Assembly (NCBI GenBank): GCA_037444665.1 | Contig: JBBILZ010000014.1 | Span: 1-46,132 of the forward strand | Source of the DNA: a candidate division WOR-3 bacterium | Lineage (GTDB): Bacteria > Hydrothermota > Tepidihabitantia > SM23-42 > JAOAFX01 | Direction: 5' to 3' | Length of the DNA: 46,132 nucleotides | Notes under the pieces: model-generated | Told to the model about the DNA's origin: nothing | The model's database searches: none | The model's input: only the letters and a program-made list of their open reading frames with translations | Position numbers and translations under genes: made by a program | Part shown: piece by piece, positions 27,553 to 37,432 of the stretch | Position numbering within the stretch: the first letter of the stretch is position 1 | Layout: every line of letters starts with the position of its first letter

Positions 27553-30000
27553 TCAGCTTTTGTCAACGAATAGGTCGGGCTGGGATAATTTTGTTTTTTT
27601 TAATTTTCTTATGCTGAACACCTCACCTTCTTCAAATTTTGCTAAAACCATTTTTGCCCGTTCAATTACTGACTTGGGTAGACCTGCTAAACGGGCGACC
27701 TGTATTCCATAGGATTGGTCTGATGGACCGGGGTTCATCTTTCTTAAAAAGATAATTTCATCTCCCCATTCCTTTACTAAAAAATTAAAATTTTTTACAC
27801 CACTTAGAAAATCTTCAATTTTTGTGAGTTCATGGAAGTGCGTGGCAAAAAGGGAACGGGGTCGTTTGTTATTGTTAAGTTCTTCAACAACTGCCCAGGC
27901 TAATGCCAGCCCATCATAAGTAGAGGTGCCGCGCCCCACCTCATCAAGAATGACCAGACTACGCTCTGTTACATTATTTAGAATATTGGCGGTTTCCATC
28001 ATCTCAGCAAGGAATGTACTTACTCCTCTTGAAATATCATCGCTGGCGCCAATCCTTGTGAAAATTTTATCCACCACCCCGATGCGTGCTTCTTTTGCCG
28101 GCACATAACTACCTACCTGCGCCATTATAACAATCAAAGCGACCTGACGCAGATAAGTAGATTTACCTGCCATATTTGGACCGGTGATTATCAGAATTTG
28201 ATTGCGGTTTCGGTCCAGTTCTGTATCATTGGGGATAAAAGAACCTTTTTCTATTAGTTTTTCTACAACCGGATGCCTTCCTTCAATTATCTCAATCCTG
28301 TCACTTTCATTCACCTCGGGACGGGTATAATTATTCAGAACCGCATTTTCAGCAAATGCCTGGAGTATGTCCAATAGAGAGATGGCTCTGGTACTATTGA
28401 GAATTTTATTACCTTCAAGGGCAATCTCATTACGCAGTCTTATGAATATCTCATACTCAAGATTTTTACTTTTTTCTTCAGCACCCAGGATCTTCTCTTC
28501 AAACTCTTTTAACTCTGTGGTATAAAATCGTTCAGCATTCACAAGGGTCTGCTTGCGAATGTAATACTCAGGAACAAGATTTAGATTGGGTTTGGTCACT
28601 TCAATATAATAACCAAAGATTGTATTATATGCCACCTTTAAAGAACTTATTCCGGTCTTTTCTCTTTCCTGGGTCTGAAATTTTACGAGCCAGCCTTTTG
28701 CATTTCGCGCAATCTCTCTTAATTCATCAAGCTCTTTTGAATAACCTTCTTTGATTATACCTGTTTCGTCAAGTGAAGCAGGGGCGTCAGGAGATATTGC
28801 CTTTCCGATTTTTTCAACGAGTTCATCAAATTTATCAATCTGATTGTAGATTTGCTTTAAGATTTTACTTTCGCATTGCTGTAGTATTCCTTTTATTTCA
28901 GGATAAATCTTCAGTGATTCTTTTAAACTATTCAATTCCCTGGGCATAATGCGTGCACACATAAGTCGGGTCGTAATCCTTTCCACATCATGGACATTAT
29001 TTAAAAAATCTCTCAGTTCTTTTCTTAAAAACTCTTTATTTTTTAATTCTTCCACTCCGTCAAGCCGCTCGTTTATCTTTTCACATTCAATCAATGGCTC
29101 AATGAGTTCATTGCGTAGCCTTCTTTTACCAAAGGGGGTCATACAATTATTCATTACCCAGTAGAGCGTCTTTGTTTCTTCATTCCGAATATTGAAGATA
29201 ATCTCAAGATTCTTCCTTGTGGCATTATCAAGGTACAAACTTTCTTTTGTATCAAAATGGTTTATCTTAGTAATCTGGGGAAGGGTGGATTTTTGGTTCT
29301 CTTTTAAGTAGTAAATTAAAGCACCTGCTGCGGCTGTGGCAAGTTTTTTATCTTCAATGCCAAAACCATCCAGTGTAACCACTTTGAAGTGTTCTTTTAG
29401 TTGTTGATATGCAATCTCATAAATAAAATGGTAGTTATCAATAGTTGTTATTGGGATTTCACTTTTAAGATTGATGTCCTGAGGTAAAATTAATTCTTTT
29501 ACTTCTTTGCGCATCAGGATTTCAGGCAATTGCTCAGTGGTAATCTCGCCGCAGGAAAAGTCGCCCGTAGTTATATCGCAAAAGGCAATGCCCATTTTAT
29601 TTTCATCAGGAAGACAACTGGCAACATAAAGCGGTTTGTTATCTTCAAGGAGTGATGGTCTTAAAATGGTTCCTGGGGTTATTACTTCAATAACATCGCG
29701 GGCAACAATTTTTTTTGCTTTATCTGGTGGTTCAAGTTGTTCGCATATTGCAATCTTGATGCCATTCTTTACAAGTTTGGCAATGTAATTTTCGCTCGCC
29801 TTCACCGGAATACCTGCTAAGGGGACACTTGTTCCTTTACTTATACTCTTTGAAGTAAGTGTGATTCCTAATAGGGCACTTGCCTTTTTGGCATCATCAT
29901 AATAGAATTCATAAAAATCACCTACACGGAATAAAAGCAGTGTATCTTTATATTTACTTTTTATCTGCTGGTATTGTTCTAATAGCGGAGTAAGATGCAT
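27553..30000 (-). CDS. mutS: DNA mismatch repair protein MutS
   Basis: FRVGDFYE, TGPNMAGKSTY, DEVGRGTST, FATHFHEL. Confidence 0.97.
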   Translation of the reverse strand: MHLTPLLEQYQQIKSKYKDTLLLFRVGDFYEFYYDDAKKASALLGITLTSKSISKGTSVPLAGIPVKASENYIAKLVKNGIKIAICEQLEPPDKAKKIVARDVIEVITPGTILRPSLLEDNKPLYVASCLPDENKMGIAFCDITTGDFSCGEITTEQLPEILMRKEVKELILPQDINLKSEIPITTIDNYHFIYEIAYQQLKEHFKVVTLDGFGIEDKKLATAAAGALIYYLKENQKSTLPQITKINHFDTKESLYLDNATRKNLEIIFNIRNEETKTLYWVMNNCMTPFGKRRLRNELIEPLIECEKINERLDGVEELKNKEFLRKELRDFLNNVHDVERITTRLMCARIMPRELNSLKESLKIYPEIKGILQQCESKILKQIYNQIDKFDELVEKIGKAISPDAPASLDETGIIKEGYSKELDELREIARNAKGWLVKFQTQEREKTGISSLKVAYNTIFGYYIEVTKPNLNLVPEYYIRKQTLVNAERFYTTELKEFEEKILGAEEKSKNLEYEIFIRLRNEIALEGNKILNSTRAISLLDILQAFAENAVLNNYTRPEVNESDRIEIIEGRHPVVEKLIEKGSFIPNDTELDRNRNQILIITGPNMAGKSTYLRQVALIVIMAQVGSYVPAKEARIGVVDKIFTRIGASDDISRGVSTFLAEMMETANILNNVTERSLVILDEVGRGTSTYDGLALAWAVVEELNNNKRPRSLFATHFHELTKIEDFLSGVKNFNFLVKEWGDEIIFLRKMNPGPSDQSYGIQVARLAGLPKSVIERAKMVLAKFEEGEVFSIRKLKKTKLSQPDLFVDKS

Positions 30001-30126
30001 ATTTAAAATCTCTAAAAATCCAAAATGCCTAAAATTCTGAATTTAGAGCCCACGATTTTTGCATCTTGTTTTTTTGACCTGTTTTGTTCTCCGGGATTGG
30101 TAATTTCGTCTTTTCAAAGTATCGGG

Positions 30127-30891
30127 TTAATATCCCTTAACAACATTTGCTTTGATGCCTAAGGAATCAAGCTTTGCCACTAATGATTTTGCCTGTTCCA
30201 TTGTTTCAAATTCGCCTATCCAGACACGGTAATGCAACTTCCCCATCACTGTTGCCTCAACGATCTGGCCACTAAAACCTTTGGCTTTTAATTCCTCAAG
30301 CTTTTTTGCAGCATTTTCTTTGTTTCTGAAAGAGCCGACCTGCACCGTATAATAGACCTTATGCGGTTCGGTTTGAGGAATCAGATTGCGGGCACGATTT
30401 GCCCAGATTGATTTAGGATAGGCATTTATTAAATTCTGGAGGGTTTGATAACCTTCTTCTTTGTTCCCACTCTCGATCTGGGCAATGCCGAACCAGAACT
30501 CTATCTCTTCTTTTAACTCAGAATTAGGATAATTTTTATTCAATTCATTCAATGTAATCAGGGCATTCTTATATTTCCCCTGGGCAATAGCAATTTTGGC
30601 AATTTCAAGATAGGCGATGTCGGCATAACGGGATTCAGGATAATTGTTTATGATACGCTGATAGTAGAGTATTGAAGAATCAGGATTGGTAGTCAGTCTT
30701 GCCAGATAGTAGTATATTTCGGCGATACGGGGATTATTGATATCTTTTGCCAGTTCTTCAAAAATTATCCGTGCCTTTTCAAATTGGAATGTATTGAATA
30801 ACTTAATCGCCTCTTCTATATTTTGAGCAGGAAGTATGACGGCGATTAAAGCTGTGGCAAATACGATTCTATAGAGCGACAATTTGGACAT
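30127..30891 (-). CDS. Exported TPR + SPOR domain protein
   Basis: Signal peptide, TPR-like helices (YPES/YPNS/YPKS), C-terminal YTVQVGSF...YRVWIG SPOR domain. Confidence 0.85.
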   Translation of the reverse strand: MSKLSLYRIVFATALIAVILPAQNIEEAIKLFNTFQFEKARIIFEELAKDINNPRIAEIYYYLARLTTNPDSSILYYQRIINNYPESRYADIAYLEIAKIAIAQGKYKNALITLNELNKNYPNSELKEEIEFWFGIAQIESGNKEEGYQTLQNLINAYPKSIWANRARNLIPQTEPHKVYYTVQVGSFRNKENAAKKLEELKAKGFSGQIVEATVMGKLHYRVWIGEFETMEQAKSLVAKLDSLGIKANVVKGY

Positions 30892-31976
30892 AGGAAAATA
30901 AATTTTTTTATTTTATTACTACATTTTACACATACGAATTTAGGTTGCATTAGAATTTTTTCAATTTCTGCAAGTTCTTTTTTAATCGGCTTGGTATCGG
31001 CAGATAATTTCATCATAAAAATTCTCGGTAATAATGCCTCTGGATTCAAGTCGGCAATTTTTCTGTATATCTCTTTTGCTGGTTCTATTTCATTTTTCTT
31101 TTCGTATAGATTTGCCAGGGCAAAACCTACGGAAAAATTCTTTGGGTTCTGTTTAAAAATTTTTTCATAAAGGGGAATAATTTCTTCAAAGGTGCCAGTT
31201 TCATAGGCTGTTTTTTCCAATTCAGGAATGATAAGAAATGCATATTCCGGGTGAAAATTTATGAGTTTGAGATAATATTCTTTTGCTTTTTTTAATTCGC
31301 CATTATTTTTATACAATTCTGCAACGGCAAAGAGTGCACTCACTGAATCCGGTTTGATCTTAAGTGCCTTTTTTAGCAGATTGGTTGTTTCTTTGATGCG
31401 TTCCTCTTGTTCTTCTGATACTTCAGCTAAACGCGCATTGCTCAGGGCTGAGTAATAATAGGCAATGCGTTGATTATCAGCGGGACTACTACCATATTCT
31501 TCACAGAGGGTGATACAATCCTGATAATTCTGGAGGTCCTCATAGACCTTTAAGAGCATTTCCCGGGCATTTCGGTCATTTTTATCAATCTTTAATATTT
31601 CTCTTAAGAATGCAATTGCCTTATTGGGTCGGTTGGACTGAAGGTAATCTTCCACCAGACTGAAATAAACTTTTTTCTCTTCTTCTTTTTTAAGGGTGGG
31701 ACGAACAGTAAGTGATTGGTGAATTTTTATTGCCCTCTCAATATCACCTGTTTTACGATAAAGATTACCAAGTCTGATATATCCATCAACAAGTGTGGTA
31801 TCTATATTTAATGCTTCTTTCAGTTTTTTTATTGCCAGGTCATCATTATTATCCAGTTCAGCAATAAGCGATTCAAGATAGGGGATATTGGATGGTATTT
31901 TAGCACGGTAGGGTTTAAAATAGAAGTAAATTATAAAGGCAATCAGGGCAAAGATAATTATCAAAAGTATCGTCAT
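30846..31976 (-). CDS. lapB: LapB (YciM)-like TPR protein
   Basis: N-terminal TM, LGNLYR...RAIKIHQ, TPRs, C-terminal CxxC...CPxC. Confidence 0.8.
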   Translation of the reverse strand: MTILLIIIFALIAFIIYFYFKPYRAKIPSNIPYLESLIAELDNNDDLAIKKLKEALNIDTTLVDGYIRLGNLYRKTGDIERAIKIHQSLTVRPTLKKEEEKKVYFSLVEDYLQSNRPNKAIAFLREILKIDKNDRNAREMLLKVYEDLQNYQDCITLCEEYGSSPADNQRIAYYYSALSNARLAEVSEEQEERIKETTNLLKKALKIKPDSVSALFAVAELYKNNGELKKAKEYYLKLINFHPEYAFLIIPELEKTAYETGTFEEIIPLYEKIFKQNPKNFSVGFALANLYEKKNEIEPAKEIYRKIADLNPEALLPRIFMMKLSADTKPIKKELAEIEKILMQPKFVCVKCSNKIKKFIFLCPNCRSIESYLPQL

Positions 31977-32269
31977 TTTTCCTCCTCAAACGGTAAATTG
32001 CGCAGGGCATCAAGTTCTTTTTTTATAAGATTGTTCTCTTTTTTTAACTTATTCATTACGTTTCTTAGCGCAATCTCGTCGGCAAGGGCAAAGACCAGGA
32101 CAAAAACCATACCGGCTACAAAGGCATAGAAGCAGACCATAGAAAGGGCAATGTTTGAAAATTTTTGTCCGAAAATATCAACATCAACTTTTTTATCCGT
32201 GTTGAGCACAATAAAACCAATCATAAATCCGATAACGATCACCACAAACAATAGACCCACAAAACGCAT
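31973..32269 (-). CDS. lapA: LapA-family membrane protein
   Basis: Two TM helices, coiled tail ending LRNLP; start ATG 32269 behind AGGAGGT; upstream of lapB. Confidence 0.78.
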   Translation of the reverse strand: MRFVGLLFVVIVIGFMIGFIVLNTDKKVDVDIFGQKFSNIALSMVCFYAFVAGMVFVLVFALADEIALRNVMNKLKKENNLIKKELDALRNLPFEEEK

Positions 32270-32297
32270 CAGACCTCCTTCATAATATGGACAATAT

Positions 32298-32325
32298 ATG
32301 ATAATCAAATAATTTCATTTGTCAA
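32298..32325 (-). promoter_or_regulatory. Promoter of lapAB (TTGACA-N16-TATCAT)
   Basis: -35 at 32320-32325, -10 at 32298-32303. Confidence 0.7.
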
Positions 32326-32338
32326 GTGTCGTAGAAAA

Positions 32339-33094
32339 TTATTCTTTGAAGACTTTCTTCAGTGTTCTGGTAAGGGCGTCTGCATTGACGCGCGTAACAA
32401 GTTTAGCCCTATAGGCAAATGATATTTTACCTGTTTCTTCAGAAATGACAATGCAAAATGCGTCAGAATGTTCAGCAATACCCAGTGCTGCCCGATGCCT
32501 TAAACCAAACTTGCCTCCCAGGTCAGGATTTTCGCTCAAGGGCAAAACACAGGATGCAGCAACAATCTTATCCCCTTGAATAATACAGGCACCATCATGG
32601 AGCGGATTATCCGGGAAAAATATGCTCTGGAGCAAGATTGAATTAACTATAGCATCTATGTGAATGCCTGACTCAATGATATCGCCTAAATTATCATTTT
32701 TTTGAATGACGATGAGCCCGCCGTGACGCCTTTCAGAAAGTTTTTTTACTGCATCAATAATCTCACTAACCATAGGGAATGGCGCTACCTTGAAAAAAAA
32801 TCTTAAAGGGCGTTGTCGTCCAACAAAGGCAAGGGCGTTTCTTATTTCGGGTTGGAACAGGATAACAAATGCAACTACCCATACTGCGAGGATGGAGTTC
32901 ATAATCCAGGCAAGGGCACGAAGATTGAACCATCTTGCGATAAAGGATACTCCAAAAATTATAATGAGACCAAAAAGAATCGGGGTTGCCTTAGTTCCTT
33001 TTATAAATCTTAGAAATTGATAAATAAGAAAGGCAACAATAATAATATCAATCACATCAAGAAAATTGAGATTTAAAAAGCCAAATAACTTCAT
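32339..33094 (-). CDS. cdaA: Diadenylate cyclase CdaA/DacA
   Basis: Three TM helices, FQPEIR, catalytic HDGA and RHRAA, SEETG. Confidence 0.93.
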   Translation of the reverse strand: MKLFGFLNLNFLDVIDIIIVAFLIYQFLRFIKGTKATPILFGLIIIFGVSFIARWFNLRALAWIMNSILAVWVVAFVILFQPEIRNALAFVGRQRPLRFFFKVAPFPMVSEIIDAVKKLSERRHGGLIVIQKNDNLGDIIESGIHIDAIVNSILLQSIFFPDNPLHDGACIIQGDKIVAASCVLPLSENPDLGGKFGLRHRAALGIAEHSDAFCIVISEETGKISFAYRAKLVTRVNADALTRTLKKVFKE

Positions 33095-34278
33095 CGCACG
33101 ATTCTATCTATTAATTGAGCTACTTTTTTTGCTTCTGCCACATCATGAACCCGAACTATGGAAGCGCCATTTTTTATAAGCAGTGCCTGGACTCCAAGCG
33201 TTCCTTCAAGCCTTTCTTCAGCTGGTAGATTAAAAGGTGCTCCAATAAACGATTTGCGAGAATGCCCAACGAGTATTGGGCGCTGCAATATCTTAAATTC
33301 AGCCAGCCTTTCAATGATTTCATAATTATCTTCAACTCTTTTACCAAATCCTAAACCCGGGTCAATGATAATTCTTGTTCTATCAATTCCATTGCTCAGT
33401 GCGAATTCTATTCTTTCTTTTAAATACTCAAGGATCTCTGCCATAAGATTTTTATATTGGGGATTGATTTGCATTGTTTCGGGTGTTCCCTGAATATGCA
33501 TAATTACGACGCCTGCCCGAGCACGCGCAATAATACGAGCAAGTTTTTTATTGAAATGGCAGAAGCCAAATCCGGAAATATCATTGATGATTTTTGCACC
33601 ATGGTCAAGGGCATATTTGGCAACCTCGGCTTTATATGTATCCACTGAGATGGGAATCTTTGTATTCTTTGTAATCGCCGGCAAAACTGATTTAAGGCGG
33701 GTAATCTCTTCTTTCTCACTGAGCATTTTAGCACCAGGCCTTGTTGATTCTGCACCAATATCAATGAAATCAGCACCTTCCTTTGTCATTTCATCAACTA
33801 TCTTTTTTATTGTCGATATTGTAGTATAACGGCTACCACTATAAAATGAATCCGGGCTAAGATTGATAATACCCATAATATGGGTGCGTTCAAATTTAAT
33901 TTCATCATCACCTATTTTAAGCACCGGGATTAATTGTGGTTTGAGTATTTCAGATAGTAAGCTGGTTATTTTATCCATCCAGGGTTGTTCGTTCAGGCGA
34001 CCGATAATCTTTTCAATCTCCCTTTGATTGGCAAAGAGCAGGACCGTGAACTTTCTTTTTTTTAAGGCAATATAGGCATCCCTGGGAATTGCTAAATCAG
34101 CGCCACAGATGAGTGCAATCTGTTTAAGGATGTTTGCCTGGGCAAGAGAGAGGTCATCTATTTTGATGATATGATAATCTGCTTTTTTCAGGAATATGGA
34201 ATATGCCTCAGGTGCGACGCCGATATGCTCTAACTCTTTCAGTATCTGTTCTTTATGCAGATTGCACAGTACTTGCAT
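33091..34278 (-). CDS. folP: Dihydropteroate synthase with about 125-aa N-terminal extension
   Basis: MGIINLSPDSFY, IGAESTRPG, SVDT, DPGLGFGK, SRKSF, RVHDV. Confidence 0.95.
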   Translation of the reverse strand: MQVLCNLHKEQILKELEHIGVAPEAYSIFLKKADYHIIKIDDLSLAQANILKQIALICGADLAIPRDAYIALKKRKFTVLLFANQREIEKIIGRLNEQPWMDKITSLLSEILKPQLIPVLKIGDDEIKFERTHIMGIINLSPDSFYSGSRYTTISTIKKIVDEMTKEGADFIDIGAESTRPGAKMLSEKEEITRLKSVLPAITKNTKIPISVDTYKAEVAKYALDHGAKIINDISGFGFCHFNKKLARIIARARAGVVIMHIQGTPETMQINPQYKNLMAEILEYLKERIEFALSNGIDRTRIIIDPGLGFGKRVEDNYEIIERLAEFKILQRPILVGHSRKSFIGAPFNLPAEERLEGTLGVQALLIKNGASIVRVHDVAEAKKVAQLIDRIVR

Positions 34279-34283
34279 AATCT

Positions 34284-34311
34284 ATTATACAATAAATCTG
34301 GAGCTTGTCAA
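34284..34311 (-). promoter_or_regulatory. Promoter of folP-cdaA (TTGACA-N16-TATAAT), leaderless
   Basis: -35 at 34306-34311, -10 at 34284-34289, ATG 5 nt downstream. Confidence 0.8.
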
Positions 34312-34331
34312 CAATACAAGAGAACCCTGTA

Positions 34332-34395
34332 TTTTTTTCACCCTTTTTACCCTTCTTCGCCCTTTTAGTCTTTTTTACCCTTCTTAAGCCTTTTT
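34332..34395. repeat. Degenerate about 9-nt pyrimidine-rich tandem array (e.g. tttaccctt) between divergent promoters
   Basis: ttcaccctt tttaccctt cttcgccct ... ttttaccct seen directly. Confidence 0.55.
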
Positions 34396-34434
34396 AAACT
34401 GGTAAGGATGTGTGTTAATATTTGCTATCTCATA

Positions 34435-34462
34435 TTGACATCCTGTATGTTTTGAATATAAT
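34435..34462 (+). promoter_or_regulatory. Promoter of gcvT (TTGACA-N16-TATAAT), leaderless
   Basis: -35 at 34435-34440, -10 at 34457-34462, ATG at 34468. Confidence 0.82.
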
Positions 34463-34467
34463 AAGCC

Positions 34468-35556
34468 ATGGTGAAAAAGACTCCATTTTATGAGATGCAT
34501 TTAAAATATAATTGCAAGATTGTGGAATTTGCCAATTTTTTGATGCCTATCCAGTTTGATGGCATTATTGCTGAGCATGAGACTGTGCGCACAAATGTTG
34601 GTGTTTTTGATGTTTCTCATATGGGTGAGATTGAAATTACAGGTCCGGATAGATTCCAATTTACCAATTATATTACCACCAATGATGTCGGAAAACTGGC
34701 ATTGAATCAGGTCCAGTACTCGGCAATGCTTTACCCGGACGGAGGTATTGTGGATGACCTTCTCGTCTATAATCTGAATAACCGCATTTTTCTGGTGGTT
34801 AATGCAGCAAATACTGAAAAAGATTTTGCCTGGATTATGCAGAATAAAAAGTATAATATAGAAGTGAAGAATCGCAGTGATGAGATTGGGCAGCTTGCTG
34901 TGCAGGGGCCAAAATCAGAATTGTTGATGCAGAAATTGGTTGATTTTAATCTTGCTGATTTAAAGTATTACTGGGCTGTAGAAACAAAAATAAAAGGTAT
35001 TGATGTGATACTTTCTCGGACTGGATATACAGGTGAGGACGGTTTTGAAATTTATATGGATGCAAAAGATGGCTTAAAAATCTGGGAGATGGTTTTTGAT
35101 GCGGGTAAGGACTTTAATGTAAAACCGATTGGGCTTGGTGCTCGGGATACGCTCCGTTTTGAGATGCGATATTGTTTATATGGTAATGATATTGATAAAA
35201 CAACGAATCCGCTTGAGGCAGGATTGGGCTGGATTGTAAAATTTGACAAAGGCGATTTTATTGGCAGGGAATCTTTACTCGCGATAAAAGAAAAGGGTTT
35301 AAAAAGAAAACTCGTGGGATTTGAAACAACAGGAAAAGGGATTCCCAGACCACATCAGAAGATTGTGAGCAATAGTCAAGAAATAGGGTTTGTAACATCG
35401 GGAACATTTTCTCCGTCATTAAAAAAAGGAATTGGAATGGGCTATGTTGGTCTGTCATTTAGTGAGCCGGGAACGAAATTACAGGTGATGGCAAAAGAAT
35501 CAATTGATGTGGAGATTATAAAAGGACCATTTTACAAAAAAGGAACACATAAATAA
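34468..35556 (+). CDS. gcvT: Glycine cleavage system aminomethyltransferase T
   Basis: FDVSHMGEI, SRTGYTGEDGFE, GLGARDTLR. Confidence 0.97.
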   Translation: MVKKTPFYEMHLKYNCKIVEFANFLMPIQFDGIIAEHETVRTNVGVFDVSHMGEIEITGPDRFQFTNYITTNDVGKLALNQVQYSAMLYPDGGIVDDLLVYNLNNRIFLVVNAANTEKDFAWIMQNKKYNIEVKNRSDEIGQLAVQGPKSELLMQKLVDFNLADLKYYWAVETKIKGIDVILSRTGYTGEDGFEIYMDAKDGLKIWEMVFDAGKDFNVKPIGLGARDTLRFEMRYCLYGNDIDKTTNPLEAGLGWIVKFDKGDFIGRESLLAIKEKGLKRKLVGFETTGKGIPRPHQKIVSNSQEIGFVTSGTFSPSLKKGIGMGYVGLSFSEPGTKLQVMAKESIDVEIIKGPFYKKGTHK

Positions 35557-35568
35557 ATATGGTGATGA

Positions 35569-35643
35569 GGTTAGGGTTAAGATGCTGGAAACAAAACTTA
35601 ATGGTTTTAAAACCAGCGTCCCAACCCATTAACAAATAACCAT
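35569..35643 (+). repeat. Intergenic stem-loop homologous to 23734-23784, with a longer loop
   Basis: ggttagggttaagatgctgg...ccagcgtcccaaccc followed by aataaccat. Confidence 0.6.
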
Positions 35644-35660
35644 CTGTTAAAGGAGGTTAA

Positions 35661-36047
35661 ATGGCTAATGTTATTGAAGGGATTAGATATACGCGAGAGC
35701 ATGAATGGGCTAAGATTGAAGGTGATGTAGGGATCACCGGCATTACTGATTATGCCCAATCTGAACTCTCGGATATTGTAATGGTTGAGCCACCAAAGGT
35801 TGGCACAAAGATTAGTGCTGGTGATGCAGTAGGCACAATTGAAGCGGTCAAAGCAGTGAGCGACCTTTTTGCACCACTCAGTGGTGAAGTGATTGAAGTC
35901 AATGAAAAGGCTATTAAAGACCCGACAATTATAAACAAGGACCCATATAACGAAGGATGGCTCTACAAAATCAAATTGAGCACACCTGGAGAAATAGAAA
36001 AATTGCTCACTCCAGAGCAATATAAAGAATTAATCGCAGGGCACTAA
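35661..36047 (+). CDS. gcvH: Glycine cleavage system H protein
   Basis: HEW, GITDYAQ, lipoyl motif EAVKAVSD. Confidence 0.97.
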   Translation: MANVIEGIRYTREHEWAKIEGDVGITGITDYAQSELSDIVMVEPPKVGTKISAGDAVGTIEAVKAVSDLFAPLSGEVIEVNEKAIKDPTIINKDPYNEGWLYKIKLSTPGEIEKLLTPEQYKELIAGH

Positions 36048-37393
36048 TGCATTATCTTCCTTTAACATCTCAGGACGAGCAGAAGATTTTGCAAAGGCTC
36101 GGTGTTAATTCATTTTCTGAATTGATTGACAAGATCATTCCACCGGATATCCAGTTCAAGGGGAAGATAGAACTGCCTGAAGCCGCATCCGAGATTGAAA
36201 TAAGAAAGATTCTCAAATCCATTGCGGGTATGAACTATAATACAAATGATTTTGTATCATTCTTAGGAGCAGGCATCTATGACCATTATATTCCTGCGGT
36301 GATAGATAGTATCATTTCGCGGAGTGAATTCTATACTGCTTATACTCCATATCAGGCAGAAGTTTCACAGGGGACACTCCAGACTATATTTGAGTATCAG
36401 ACTGCAATATGTGAACTAACAAAAATGGAAGTTGCCAATGCATCAATGTATGACTGTGGTTCTGCCCTTGCTGAAGCCTGCCATATGTCATGTGCGATAA
36501 ATAATAGAAAGAAGATAATCCTTTCTGAACTCATCCATCCCTTTTATCAACGGGTTGTCCGAACATATACAAAAGAATGCGGGGTTGAGATTTTAATCTG
36601 TCCGGCAAAACAGGGTGTTCTTGATATTGCAGGGCTTGAAGCATTATTAGATGAGCAGACCAGCTGTGTTGCGGTTCAGCATCCGAATTTTTATGGTAAC
36701 TTAGAATTGATGTCAGAGATTTCAGAGATGGTGCACAAAAAGGGTGCTTTATTTATTTCAGTATTTGACCCGCTCTCGCTTGGTGTGATTGCTCCACCTG
36801 GTGAATATAATGCAGATATCGCAGTTGGTGAAGGTCAGGGTATGGGTATTGCCCAGGGATTTGGTGGACCGCTCTTAGGCATTTTTGCGACAAAAATGGA
36901 ATTTGTAAGACAGATGCCAGGAAGGGTTGTGGGCGAGACCGTTGATACTGATGGAAAAAGGGGTTTTGTTCTGACCCTGCAGACCCGTGAGCAGCATATC
37001 AGAAGGGAAAAGGCAACATCTAATATCTGCACAAATGAGGCGCTCTGCGCCTTGAGTTCATTAATTTATCTCTGCACAATGGGTAAGCAGGGGCTCATTG
37101 AAGTAGGAAATCAATGTCTGGCTAAGAGCCATTATTTATATAATAAGTTAATGGGCTTACGAGGAGTTAAACCGTTATTCAAAACAGAATTTTTCAAAGA
37201 ATTTGTTGTAGAATTATCAAAGCCTGCCCAGGAGATTGTAGATAAATTATTAGAGTATAATCTATTGGGAGGGGTACCTTTATCATTATTTAATAAAGAT
37301 TTAAAGAATCATCTTTTGATTGCTGTTACTGAAAAGAGAACAAAAGAGGAGATGGATAGATTCGTTGATGCATTAACAAAAATCCTTCAGTAA
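36047..37393 (+). CDS. gcvPA: Glycine dehydrogenase subunit 1 (GcvPA)
   Basis: FLGAGIYDH, YTPYQAEVSQG, NASMYD, REQHIRREKATSNICTN. Confidence 0.96.
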   Translation: MHYLPLTSQDEQKILQRLGVNSFSELIDKIIPPDIQFKGKIELPEAASEIEIRKILKSIAGMNYNTNDFVSFLGAGIYDHYIPAVIDSIISRSEFYTAYTPYQAEVSQGTLQTIFEYQTAICELTKMEVANASMYDCGSALAEACHMSCAINNRKKIILSELIHPFYQRVVRTYTKECGVEILICPAKQGVLDIAGLEALLDEQTSCVAVQHPNFYGNLELMSEISEMVHKKGALFISVFDPLSLGVIAPPGEYNADIAVGEGQGMGIAQGFGGPLLGIFATKMEFVRQMPGRVVGETVDTDGKRGFVLTLQTREQHIRREKATSNICTNEALCALSSLIYLCTMGKQGLIEVGNQCLAKSHYLYNKLMGLRGVKPLFKTEFFKEFVVELSKPAQEIVDKLLEYNLLGGVPLSLFNKDLKNHLLIAVTEKRTKEEMDRFVDALTKILQ

Positions 37394-37432
37394 ATAAATG
37401 GCCATCTGAATTGTCCTGAATAAAATTCAAAT

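Noticed and set aside
34312..34467. Glycine riboswitch before gcvT (and FMN riboswitch before ribBA)
   Set aside because: No aptamer motifs, and promoter geometry leaves no leader.
35607..36020. 137-aa minus-strand ORF
   Set aside because: Antisense to gcvH.
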